DNA from: Octopus sinensis
Taxonomy: Eukaryota
Length of the DNA: 64,000 nucleotides
Reading direction: 5' to 3'
NCBI RefSeq assembly: GCF_006345805.1
Contig: NC_042998.1
Span: 46,190,001 to 46,254,000, forward strand
The position numbers and the translations under genes were made by a program. Shown here piece after piece: positions 13,701 through 24,966 of the stretch. Under the pieces are notes generated by a model. It worked only from the letters and a program-made list of their open reading frames with translations, was not told the origin of the DNA and ran no database searches. Numbering within the stretch: position 1 is the stretch's first letter; every line of letters starts with the position of its first letter.

Positions 13701-15145
13701 CAGTGCCTGTGGCACACAAGAAAACCATCCGAACGTGGCCGTAGCCAGTACCGCATCGACTGGCCTCCGTGCTGTGGGAACATAGTGGCACATAAAAACA
13801 CCATCCGAAGACCCGGCAAGACTAGTCAGGTCATAACCCGTGGGCCCTACCTGGGACGTAGTCAGTCCACCTGTACATACCTTCCTTCTTGTGACACTTG
13901 TGAAGACCTGTTGAGGCAAGTGAAAATCAAAACAAATCAAAATAGATGAACATCAATGGAATTTGTATCTTTGTGGTACCAGTGCCGGTGGCACACAAGA
14001 ATCCATCCGAACGTGGCCGTAGTCAGTACCGCTTGTGGTACCAGTGCCGGTGGCACACAAGAATCCATCCGAATGTGGCCGTAGTCAGTACCGCATCACT
14101 GGCCATCGTGCTGTGGGCACATAACAAACACCATCCGGTCGTGGCCGTTCGCCAGCCTCATCTAGCACCTGTGTCGGTGGCACATAAAAACACCATCCGA
14201 AGACCCGGCAAGACTAGTCAGGCCATAAACCATGGCCCCTACCTGGGACGTAGTCAGTCCACCTGTGCATACCTTCCTCCTTGTGATACTTGTGAAGGCC
14301 TGTTGAGGCAAGTGAAAATCAAAATCAAAATCAAAATCAAAACAAATCAAAATAGATGAACATCAATGGAATTTGTATCTTTGTGGTACCAGTGCTGGTG
14401 GCACACAAGAGAAAACCATCCGAAAGTGGCCGTAGCCAGTACCGCATTGACTGGCCTCCGTGCTGTGGGAACATCCGAAAGTGGCCGTAGCCAGTACCGC
14501 ATCGACTGGCCTCCGTGCTGTGGGCACATGACAAACACCATCCGATCGTGGCCGTTCGCCAGCCTCATCTAGCACCTGTGTCGGTGGCACATAAAAACAC
14601 CATCCGAAGACCCGGCAAGACTAGTCAGTCCACCTGTGCATACCTTCCTTCTTGTGACACTTGTGAAGACCTGTTGAGGCAAGTGAAAATCAAAATCAAA
14701 ATCAAAACAAATCAAAATAGATGAACATCAATGGAATCTGTATCTTTGTGGTACCAGTGCCGGTGGCACACATGAGAACCATCCGAACGTGGCCGTAGCC
14801 AGTTCCGCATCGACCGGCCTCCATGCTGTGGGCACGTAACAAACACCATCTGATCATGGCCGTTCGCCAGCCTCATCTGGCACCTGTGTCGGTGGCACAT
14901 AAAACACCTTCCGAAGACCCGGCAAGACTAGTCAGTCCACCTGTGCATACCTTCCTTCTTGTGACACTTGTGAAGACCGGTTGAGGCAAGTGAAAATCAA
15001 ATCAAATCAAATCAAAATCAAAATAGACAAAATAGATGAACATCAATGGAATTTGTACCTTGTGGTACCAGTGCCTGTGGCACACAAGAATCCATCAGTG
15101 CTGTAGTCAGTGCGGTGGGCACATGACAAACACCATCCGATCGTG

Positions 15146-15206
<61 letters not shown>

Positions 15207-15511
15207 GTATATATATATGTATATGTATGTATATGCCAGCCTCGTCTGGCACCTGTGTCGGTGGCACATAAAAAACACCATCCGAGCGTGGCCGTCTGCC
15301 AGCCTCGTCTGGCACCTGTGTCGGTGGCACATAAAATCACCCACTACACTCTCGGAGTGGTTGGCGTTAGGAAGGGCATCCAGCTGTAGAAACACTGCCA
15401 CATCTGACTGGCCTGGTGCAGCCTTCGGGCTTCCCAGACCCCAGTTGAACCGTCCAACCCATGCTAGCATGGAAAGCGGACGTTAAACGATGATGATGAT
15501 GATGATGATGA

Positions 15512-15515
<4 letters not shown>
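10722..15515 (+). mobile_element. 5'-truncated RTE-clade LINE: APE endonuclease + RT (one frameshift near 11580), ~2-kb repeat-rich 3'UTR, (GAT)n tail
   Basis: ORF 10617-11624 has APE motifs (AYAPQ, AGDFNGHVG, SQIDYIL). ORF 11579-13552 has RT motifs (VDLEKAFD, QGSVLSP, YADD at 12599-12610, FRYLG). The tail ends cggacgttaaacgatgatg. Confidence 0.95.
13553..15150 (+). repeat. Five imperfect tandem copies of a ~275-410-bp unit in the RTE 3'UTR
   Basis: Markers tccacctgtgcataccttcc and aaaatagatgaacatcaatggaat each occur five times. Confidence 0.85.
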
Positions 15516-15552
<37 letters not shown>

Positions 15553-16079
15553 TATGTGCATGTATATGTTTGTGTGTCTGTGTTTGTCCCCCCAACATCA
15601 CTTGACAACCGATGCTGGTGTGTTTACATTCCCCATCACTTAGTGGTCTGGCAAGAGAGACCGATAGAATAAGTACTAGGCTTACAAAGAATAAGTCCTG
15701 GGGTCAATTTGCTCAACTAAAAGCAGTGCTCCAGCATGGCCACAGTCATATGACTGAAACAAGTAAAAGAATAAAAGAATTTTCTGAACTATTTGTAGAT
15801 AAAGTGTACCACAATTTAAACGTGTTTATTTCATTAAATGATGTCTACATGAAATGTTCAATTTATATTATTTCTATGTTTAAAGTATGTCATTTTAAGT
15901 TGCCAGAGCAGAGAGTAGATGTAACTCATTCCAAAACCTACTGAAATTCTTAATAGGTTAAAAAGCAAGTCAGTTTAACAAAAGCCTCTACATTTTTTTT
16001 TTGTATTTCTGTGACAGATAAACCTGAATTTTTTCATTCTTCTTATTTATGTTCTCTGTCTGTCTGTATGTATCTATGC

Positions 16080-16385
16080 ATCATCATCATCATTTAACGT
16101 CCGTTCTCCATGCTAGCATGGGTTGGACAGTTCGACTGGGGATCTGGGAAGCCAGAAGGCTGCACCAGGCTCCAGTCTTATCTGGCAATGTTTCTACAGC
16201 TGGATGCCCTTCCTAATGCCAACCACTCCGTGAGTGTAGTGGGTGCTTTTTACGTGCCACCTGCACATGTGCCAGGCGAGGCTGGTAACGGCCACGGTTG
16301 GATTGGTGCATTTTACGTGCCACCAGCACGGAAGCCAGTCGAGGCGGCACTGGCTTCGGCCGCAATTCGGATGGTGCTTTTTACG
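16080..16385 (-). mobile_element. RTE 3'-tail fragment; similar tails at 9235-9470, 24962-25190, 30960-31235, 55395-55850
   Basis: catcatcatcatttaacgtccgttctccatgctagcatggg matches the RTE terminus. Confidence 0.8.
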
Positions 16386-16925
16386 TATATATACATATAT
16401 ATACACACACACACACACATGCATATATAAAGACATAAATGTGTGTGTGCGTATCTATATATTTATGTCTTTATACATTTGTATATATTTATGTATTTAT
16501 CAATCTATCTATATGTATTATAATGGGGGAGGCCGGTTTATGGGGTTACCCTGGGTTTCTTCAGACCCCAAAACACTGCTGGCCTAAGACCTCTTCAAAA
16601 TATGGAGGGGGAAATGCTTTGCTATAAAGGTAAACACTAGGTGATTATCTCCCTTAGCCATTGGCCATCGAACTTCGGCTGCACTGCCATCTTGCGGTCA
16701 CCAAAAAACCATGAAGGTAAATGATTGTCTCCTTTGAGCCTTGGCTATTGGCGTCCAGAATCTTCTAAAATGCAAACATGGTCTGAAAATTTCTGTCCTG
16801 AAGTTCAGGATGCTCCCTAGTACAAGCAAGTCTTTTAAGATTCTCGTGTGTTTGGCAATGCATAACTTGCAATGTTTTACATTATTTACATTTGATGGAT
16901 ACTTGTCCTCATCTTGTTTGTTGTT

Positions 16926-16971
16926 AACACAATGCTTCAGCTGATATACCTTCCAGCCTTCATCAGGTGTC
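16926..16971 (-). ncRNA. Minimal type I hammerhead ribozyme motif (mutated GAAA to GAAG)
   Basis: Minus strand reads GACAC-CTGATGA-A-GGCTG-GAAGGTATAT-CAGCT-GAAG-C-ATT-GTGTT. Confidence 0.55.
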
Positions 16972-17109
16972 TTGGGGAAATTTCGAACTTGGGTTCTCAT
17001 TCCTCTTAATCACTATGTCATATGCTCATGGGCATATGGCATAGTGGTTAAGAGCGCGGGCTACTAACCCCATGATTCTGATTCGATTCCAGGCAGTGAC
17101 CTGAATAAC

Positions 17110-17140
<31 letters not shown>

Positions 17141-17187
17141 TCGAAAAATACCTTAGGAATGAAAACCCAGGTTCAAAATTTCCCCAA

Positions 17188-17233
17188 GACACCTGATGAA
17201 GGCTGGAGGGTATATCAGCCGAAATGTTGTGTT
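17188..17233 (+). ncRNA. Minimal type I hammerhead ribozyme motif (PLE type)
   Basis: Stem I GACAC/GTGTT, core CTGATGA (17193-17199), stem II GGCTG/CAGCC, GAAA (17221-17224), then T-GTT with a putative NUH cleavage after 17228. Confidence 0.7.
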
Positions 17234-19687
17234 AACAACAAACAAGATGAGGACAAATATCCGTCAAATGTAAATAATGTATATAATTCCTCATCTCTTA
17301 AATATAGAACTATATTGCCATGTTATGTCCCGTTTATGTAGGGGCCTGGATTCTTGAGTATTTTCCATGTGATTGAGTATGGTATCCCTTTGCCTCTTAG
17401 TTGCCAAACATGGCTGGTCAGTGATTTTATGATCTCCTTTCTGAGACTCTGAAGGAGGACAAATGATTGGAAAGACACTGTCTTAGAAAATTCCCAGTGC
17501 ATCCCACGTATTTCTGTGGGTGCATGTTGTTGGTGCACTTGTTACTGTTGTAGGTGCTGCTGTTGCTGCTGGTGGTGTTGTTACTGATGGAGTTGGGGCA
17601 GCTATTGGTGATGTTGGTGTTGGCATCACTAGTGGTGGTAGTGGTGTCAGTAATATTTTCATCCCTGCGCGTGTTGCCTGTGCTGCACTCATTGCTGTTG
17701 TTGCTGGTGCTGGCGTTGTTATTGTTGTCTCTGCTTCTGGCACTGTTGCTGGTGCTGGCAATGGTGGAGGAGGTAGTGGTAGCGACAGTAGTGCTATCAC
17801 GGCTGCCGGTTATGTTGTTGCTGTTAATAATGTTGCAACTGCTGTTGTTGCCATTATAGCCAGTGATGGAACTGGACCTGTTGCTTCTGCTACTACTACT
17901 ACTATAGTGGCTAACAGGTCTGGCATTGTGGATGTCAGGGAAGCTATTGGTAAGGCTGGTGTTGATGGCAATGCTGCTGCTGTTGGCAATGCCACTGCTG
18001 CTGTTGTTAGTGATGTTGCCATCCACTGTGGCAGTGGTGATGATGGTTGTGGCAGTATTACTGGCTATGTTCTTATGTCTATGGCTGTTATTGCCTCTGC
18101 CGGTGTTAATGCTATGTCCTGCTAGAATCTCGGCTTGATAGACGACCTCTTTGATTTTGCAACTGCTTTGGATCCCACATGAACAACCCACCTCTTCCTG
18201 AGTTTTAGGGGTGCTAACTAGGATGCTCTTAATGTTGGGGATGCAGCTAAACAAGACCCTAACATTGTGCCTGCCGAAGATGTACCTATGGGAGCTAATG
18301 AAATGCTTGTCTATTAATTTAAGGAATAGTCTACCTAAGGGTGTTATTGTGTTGAGGGATTAGGGGTTGCAAAACAAATTGTATTTCTACAGCGTTTCAT
18401 TCTGTGGCTGTTGGGTTCTGGCATGTAGGAGATGCGGTCCCTAAACCCACTAGCAGCTAGGGCTTCATTATAGTATGGGGCTGCTGCATTGAAGGCTTCT
18501 TGGCTAGAGGAAAGGCTTAAAATCCTCTTACTGACACCCTTTACTAGGTTCTTGAATACTATGGGTGGGTGACATGGGGCTGTGCTTATGTGACACCCTC
18601 TCGTTTGGTTTGCAGTAGGACCTGTAAGTACTAGAGCCCAGGTTGAGTGAGATGTCTAAGAAGTCCGCTGTTGTGAGGTTGGTCTCTATGGTGATCTGCA
18701 AGCCCATGGAGGTAAACATGCTGATTAAGTCTTTCCTAAGCCTGTTTAGTGTATGGCCAATTTTCCCCTAGAGATGGCCAGGGCGTCATCTCTGTAGAGG
18801 CCAAAGAAGACAGAGGAGAACTTTTTTCTAAGGGCATCTAGGACATATAACCTGATGAGGTCGCATATGTCAGCACTGTTGTAGGCTTCCATTGCTATGT
18901 CAGAAGAGCTCATGGGGTTGGATTGCTTGACCCATGCTGAGCCTTTGTAAAACAGCACTGTCTACCTGGCATGAATGATAATCTCTATGTCTCTGTTGCT
19001 AATGCTAGCGAAGCCCCTAATGAAAGAATGTGCCTTGATCAGCAGCCCTTGTATGTCTGAGGATGAAGAACTAACATCCCTCCGACAATGGGAAAAAAAA
19101 CACTTGGTCCGCCAATTATGAAACGGAATTTAAAAACGAACACCATATAAGCAATCCATATTTTAAAAAAATAATTAAAACTCACACACTGCACCTATAA
19201 CAAAGAAAACAAATCACAAAACATCAAACACACACCACACTTAACTTTGACCACAACAATAACAGAACTTACAGAGAGCACTACAACCCTATCAAAAGAA
19301 CCCAAGCACTCACCAACCTAAGACAAAACCTGGCCTCTTTTGCCAATCTACTAAGTTACAGGGTTATAAACACACCAACACTTGTTATCAAGCAGTGGTG
19401 GGGAACAAACATGCACATAGACATATATACACATAGATATATATATGTATATATCTAGCTACCACTCACAAGGATTTGGTTGGTCCGAGGCTATAGTAGA
19501 AGACAAATGCTCAAGGTGCCACACAGTGGGACCACCTGTGTGGTTGAGAAACAAACTTCTTACCACACAACTATGCCTACACCAAACTAAATGCTATAAA
19601 AAAATCTAGTCTAGCTTTCTACCATTTGCTGTAACTTTTATATATTTTTCTGCCCTTCAGAATTAAAATAACGATATAAATTCTTAC

Positions 19688-19748
19688 CTGTTATTATGCA
19701 CAAACCTTTCTGTGATAGTGTGACTTTACAGGGGGTTCCTAAATGATT
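19688..19748 (-). CDS. FERM gene coding exon 7
   Basis: cttcttttctag|...ACAG|gtaaga, 61 nt, phase 0 to 1: NHLGTPCKVTLSQKGLCIIT(D). Confidence 0.85.
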
Positions 19749-20617
19749 CTAGAAAAGAAGCAAAGAAGAAACTGAATAAAGAATTCTGGGAAATATTGAA
19801 GTTCTAGTTCTTTACTAAATAACTTTATATTAATTTTGGGAAAGACTTTCTTTTCTTCTCTACTCTCCTATCATCCTATTTGCATTACTTTTGCTGTTAA
19901 AGGAGCCCTCTCTATATGTTTCACATCAAATTTCTCTCTCATTATAAACATCTATCTCTCTGCTTGCCTTCCTCTGATATCTTGACTACAACCTTTAATT
20001 ACATCCCTTGACAAATTCTCTGTTCTTTCAACTCAACCAACTTAGAAGCTGAGAGGATATTCCACATATCTTAAAAACACATCACAAAATTATGGATTTT
20101 CTGGCATACAAGTTGACATAGTATATCAAGTAAACATTTAGTATAAACATTCAAACATCACCACTAGCTTTCCAAATCCTGCTGCATTTCATAGAGAACT
20201 TTTGCCCCTCAAAATTATCTTGGTGTATAAGTCAACCTTCCATTTTTGGATGTAAATTTTGGTCTGAAAAATTTGACCTGTGTGCTAGAAAATATACTAA
20301 CTTTTTCTTTAAACAAAACAGTTCAGTTTTCTGAGTTCATCTTTTTAAACCACAATAACATGTATTCATATATCATATGCATTTATTTCATAGTAATATG
20401 CATTCATTAAGATTAACTAAAAAAAAAACTCTAGCAAATATATCATGAAGCTTACATTATATTTAGTAGTTCTAAACAGCCAAGTACCTTAATCTCAAAT
20501 CTTAGAAAATTATGATGAGACCAAAATTGATGTAAAAGAGTGGCATTCAACCTTCCCAGCTATACCAAATACTAGACCTAAAAGATGTTGTAGATGTTAA
20601 AAATAACAATGAGTTAC

Positions 20618-20736
20618 CGTGAAAATAGAAGACTGCTTGGAAAGAAAACAGTTATCTACGACAACGATATTATAACCAGCAAGGCGTTGACAAAGTCTCA
20701 CAAAAGCTGATTTAGAACAATTCAAACTGGATAACT
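20618..20736 (-). CDS. FERM gene coding exon 6
   Basis: ctattttcag|...ACG|gtaact, 119 nt, phase 1 to 0: (E)LSSLNCSKSAFVRLCQRLAGYNIVVVDNCFLSKQSSIFT. The GYN motif parallels SNX27 CEGYNEIIF as recalled. Confidence 0.88.
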
Positions 20737-21748
20737 CTGAAAATAGAAGTAAAAAGAAATGTGTTCAGAATGTTATATAGTATAAGTATAGAGCAGTGCA
20801 TGGAGTGGAAGGAAAACATCATGTATTATCTATGAAAGGTTTGTGAGTAGTGTGGTGGTTGAGTATAGTTTGAACTGATATTGTGATCTGTAGAGAAGAG
20901 TGTGTGGGTTAATGATATCAAAAATGAGGGTTTCTAAAATATTTTAAGGAGTGCATAGAAGAACAATTGGTTTTGGGGATCTTACTCCACTGGGCTTTAG
21001 AAATGTGATGAAATATTCTCAGTTTCCAGATTCTCATATTTGAGAGTATCAAAGCAAACAATTGATGTTGGTGAATGCAGAAATTCCTTTAAGCCCAAAG
21101 TATTTCAAGTGAATACCTCTGATTTCATTTAGACCCTGAAACTTCTAAACTTTAGAAATTTTCTATTGTTTTTTTCTAGTGTCTGATAGAAGGAAGAAAT
21201 CTTCATGTAAGATCTTCATGTAAGATGCATATTATGTGTTTAGTATTCCTGTTTTTTTCTTTGTGTGATTTCTTTTTTTTTGCTGACTGATTATTTTACA
21301 AAAATATTTTATAAGGATGTTTTCCTCTTCTTGGAGTGTTGTTATGTTATTTGAGGTTGTTATAGCAACAGAAGGTGTGAACAGTATTGCTGCAGGTGCT
21401 GCTATAGCAACTACACATATATAACATTGACAACAAGGTTTAGGGTTCCTCTAAGGGGCCACAAAATACTTCAGCACCGACATACTTCAGTTCTGACAGT
21501 ATACAAAACTCCAGTAAACCTGACATTGAAGAACTGCTCACATATCTAAGATAGTGGTAGTACCCCTTCCCCTCCTCACCATCATCCTTAACCACACCAA
21601 CAGGAAAACTATTTGCTTCACCAAGGTTCACTCACCAGCATGCTACAATCACTGCATCTCTTTAAGAGGGTACAATGAAAATACAGGCATTGTTTCTTTG
21701 ACAAACAAACAAGAAAACATGTATAGAGAGACACTTAAATGAACTTAC

Positions 21749-21790
21749 CATCTAGAGCAATCTGTTCCTCAATACTTGCAGTTAAGTGAC
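21749..21790 (-). CDS. FERM gene coding exon 5
   Basis: gctgtttttcag|...GATG|gtaagt, 42 nt, phase 1 to 1: (G)HLTASIEEQIALD. Confidence 0.88.
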
Positions 21791-21872
21791 CTGAAAAACA
21801 GCGAAATATTTATACCAGTTGTGACAAAGAGAATGTGTGTGTGTATACACACACACACACACACATATATAT

Positions 21873-22290
21873 GAGCAAAATGCTCCCCGTCCAATGGACG
21901 GTGCTGAGTTGTCAAACATTTAAACCAAATTTTCTTAAAACAACTTGTCCGACCGTCCCATAGGCTTCCCCTTTGAGAAACACTGATTTAACCTAAATTT
22001 GAGACACCAGCAAAAGAAGAAATAACGATATACTTTTTCTCGTGTACGCGTAGTATCGATCGCAACAGCTGATATACTTGCGCATACAAATGCACGTTCC
22101 CAAGGCTTTATAGAACGCATTCTCACCTGGAATCAATTTTTGCAATTTTTTCAAGACTTATACATACCCTGATACTGTCGGTATCTACATATCAAATTTG
22201 AGCGCAATCGGATGGAGGGTACCCAAGATCCTAGCAGACACACACACACACACAGACAGAACGGATTTTATATAATATATATATATACGT
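21873..22290 (-). mobile_element. Non-autonomous Helitron/Helentron-like element
   Basis: Minus 5' end tatatataaaatccgttctgtctgtgtgtg resembles the other Helitron heads here. The 3' end has two adjacent hairpins (21887-21901, 21873-21885) but no clear CTAG. Confidence 0.5.
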
Positions 22291-22565
22291 GGAGGCGCAA
22301 TGCCCCAGTGGTTAGGGTAGCGGACTCGCGGTCGGAGGATCACGGTTTCGATTCCCAGATTGGGCGTTGTGTGTGTTTATTGAGCGTAAAAGCTCCACGA
22401 AGCTCCAGCAGGGGGTGGTGATCCCTGCTGTACTCTTTCTTCTGTTGGCCTGCTCGCTTAGCCAGTGGGGTGGCGTCGTTCGAAGGCTAAAACAATGCGA
22501 ACGCATTGTGACCAGCGATGTGTAGCAACATCTGATGGTCTGGTTAGTCACGTGATCATGTGATA
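22290..22565 (+). mobile_element. tRNA-derived SINE family B; tail fragments at 3370-3420 and 35312-35430
   Basis: Head ggaggcgcaatgccccagtggttagg...ggtttcgattccc has A- and B-box-like motifs. Confidence 0.75.
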
Positions 22566-23689
22566 TATATATATATACATGCATCCCACCACATCACAAG
22601 ACGCCCATATTCAACCCAATCAATCACCATTACCATTTAGTTTTCCTTTCTTTCATACTAATCCCTGACATAACTCTTATCCTTCCTACCTCCTCTGTCT
22701 TCTGAATTATTTCCCCAAACACTGTTCAGTCTCCACAACCATTCTCTAATAATAATAAATCAGTTTCTATGGTCATACCTTAATTTCTACTCTTTCACCT
22801 TGTAAGCTACAAGACAACCCCAATAGTGCTGGTGCCATGAAAAAGCATCCACTACATTCTAAGTGGTGAGTAAATCAAATCAAGCAACAACAAAAAATGG
22901 ATTGAGAGGGCAATACAAGAGTAATAGTGACCAGTATACTTTGTAAAGTGGTTGGTATTATATAGTGCTTCCAACTCAGGACTAGATAGGGGGCCCATAG
23001 AGGCCCTCAACACTTAAGATTTTGGTGACCCCATATATATATATATATAATCCAAAATATAAACGGTAAGAAACCATAAAATATTTATTTTTCAAAATGA
23101 AACAAAGCTAACGGTAAAATGGTAAATAATGTTTATTTTTGTATACCTTCACTTTATTTACATTTGAAAAGTTTTCTTCTACATTTTTTAATTGCGAAGT
23201 CTTTGATTAGATCCTTACTATGACACCATAAATACTTTGAAATTATATTTCTGATCATATAAACCACTTCAAATATTATTTTAACAAATTTAAAATAATT
23301 TCTTTTGTGTTGCACGCCATATACCATTCCTACGGTGCTCCCACTTCCCTTGATGCTTTAAGTACATGCTTATTTTGCTTAATGGCTAATCCAAAACTGA
23401 TCCAACTCTAGAAACCATGCCAAATGAAACATTGGAGTAAGACTTGTTCCTCTGGCTTGTAGTTACCTGTTAAAATGTCCAACCTATCCAGCATGGAAAG
23501 CTAACCCAAAATGATGATGAAGACAATATTAAGTTCCATACTTCCTGAAATTCCTCAACACTACTCCAGCTGTACCTTTTCCATGTTTATGGCTCTTTTA
23601 ATGTTCAATTTCCCACCTTTCTGTATTTTATTCTATATATTGAGCAAGTACTTTTGGCTACCATTACTTTTTTCTTATTACTGCTTTCT

Positions 23690-24102
23690 TATTTCTTTAT
23701 TGCCCATAAGGATCTAAACATAGAGAGGACAAACAAGGACAAAGTGATTAAGTCGATTACATTGACCCCAGTGCGTAACTGGTACTTAATTTATCGACCC
23801 CGAAAAGATGAAAGGCAAAGTCGACCTTGTCGGAATTTGAACTTAGAATGTAACGGCAGACGAAATACCTATTTCTTTACTACCCACAAGGGGCTAAACA
23901 CAGAGAGGACAAACAAGGACAGACAAACAGATTAAGTCGATTGTATCGATCCCAGTGCATAACTGGTACTTGTTTAATCGACCCCGAAAGGATGAAAGGC
24001 AAAGTCGACCTCGGTGGAATTTGAACTCACAACGTAACGACAGACGAACTACCGCTAAGCATTTCGCCCGGCGTGCTAACGTTTCTGCCAGCTTGCTGCC
24101 TT
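23690..24102 (-). mobile_element. tRNA-derived SINE family C, two abutting copies; also at 29490-29725, 32310-32515, 34720-35095, 57800-58150
   Basis: Shared sequence ggcagaaacgttagcacgccgggcgaaatgcttagcgg...gagttcaaattccaccgaggtcgactttgcctttcatcc. Confidence 0.8.
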
Positions 24103-24934
24103 CCTTGTTACTGCTTCTGTCCCCTCTTTACCCTTCTTTAATGAGCATTAGTATATCTAAACACTGTAAACAATAAACTCAGTCAATCAATATTTCTGTG
24201 TGTGTGTGTGTGTTTGTGTGTGTGTGAGAGAGAGAGAGAGCATCATCATTTTTAACATCCACTTTTCCATGCTTACATGAGTCAGACAAAATTTGAGGTA
24301 GACTTTCAATGGCCTGATTCTCTTTCTGTTTCTAAGCAAGGTAATATTTTTCTGCGACCAGACATGTTTTTCTGCCATATTTTCCCAAAATGTTGGAAAC
24401 AAGTGACACTGCTTGTATGACAGTGACATTCATTTACAACTATCATGCAATGTCAAGACAAAGATACACACACACACACAGACACACACACACACGGATA
24501 CATACACATGTAATGAGCTTCTTTCAGTTACTATCTATTAAATTCATGAAACTGTTAGCAATTTTCTGTGCTTGAGAAGACATATCAAGCTTAGTGAAAT
24601 CATAGTTGTGGCCTGTGCCAGCAACAAATTAAAGGCACCCATGCTGGTAGCACATTAAAGGCATCCAGTACATTAAGGAGTGGTTGGCATTCAGAAGGGA
24701 ATCCAGCTGAAGAAACTGAGCCAAAACAGACCAGAGCCTGGTGCAGCTCTACAGTTTACCAGTTCCAGTCAAACTGTCTAACCTATGCCAGCATACAGAA
24801 GGGATGATGACAAGGGTTTGGTCTGCCTGGAACTACAGCAGAAGATACATGCCCAAGGTGCCATACAGTGGGACTGAAACCATAACCATGTGGTTGGGAA
24901 GCAAACTTCTTAATCACACAACTATGCCTGTGCC

Positions 24935-24966
<32 letters not shown>

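Larger units (their letters stand above)
16877..17314 (+). mobile_element. TSD-bounded non-autonomous element: inverted PLE terminal repeat + tRNA-like head + (AAT)n + PLE terminal repeat
   Basis: 10-bp TSD ttgcaatgtt (16867-16876) / ttgccatgtt (17315-17324). Removing the insert restores the host GIY-YIG reading NGT*HCKLC. The tail matches the ends of the PLE at 42401-44654. Confidence 0.85.
16524..19110 (-). mobile_element. Degenerate Penelope-like element, Naiad-like RT + C-terminal GIY-YIG, interrupted at 16877-17314
   Basis: RT motifs DIAMEAYNSADICDL, GLYRDD and ITIETNLTTADFLDISL. GIY-YIG pieces CSC...VVYQAEI, KYVGCT and TSHVWQLRGKGIPYSITWKIL...NGT|HCKLC. The clade assignment is from recalled motifs. 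Confidence 0.8.

Noticed and set aside
13553-15150. Repeat-spacer appearance suggestive of a CRISPR array
   Set aside because: Units are long and imperfect with homologous rather than unique spacers, the context is eukaryotic, and there are no cas genes.
17030-17100. tRNA-Ser-like gene
   Set aside because: There is no proper acceptor stem or long variable arm and no oligo-T terminator. It is a SINE-type head inside a TSD-bounded insertion.
17483-18138. Ala/Val-, Leu- and Pro/Thr-rich ORFs in other frames
   Set aside because: Shadows of the degenerate trinucleotide tract.
17323-18254. Selenocysteine recoding, reported for some Naiad PLEs
   Set aside because: No in-frame TGA at the Cys positions I could read, and no SECIS could be supported by eye.
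19688-20736. Direct exon 5 to exon 8 junction, which is phase-compatible
   Set aside because: Exons 6 and 7 have strong splice sites and supply the expected F2-F3 residues. Skipping both would keep frame but delete core structure, and there is no evidence for it.
21440-21742. Coding-looking ORFs on both strands beside exon 5
   Set aside because: No consistent splice sites or recognisable motif, and they are not needed for the gene model.
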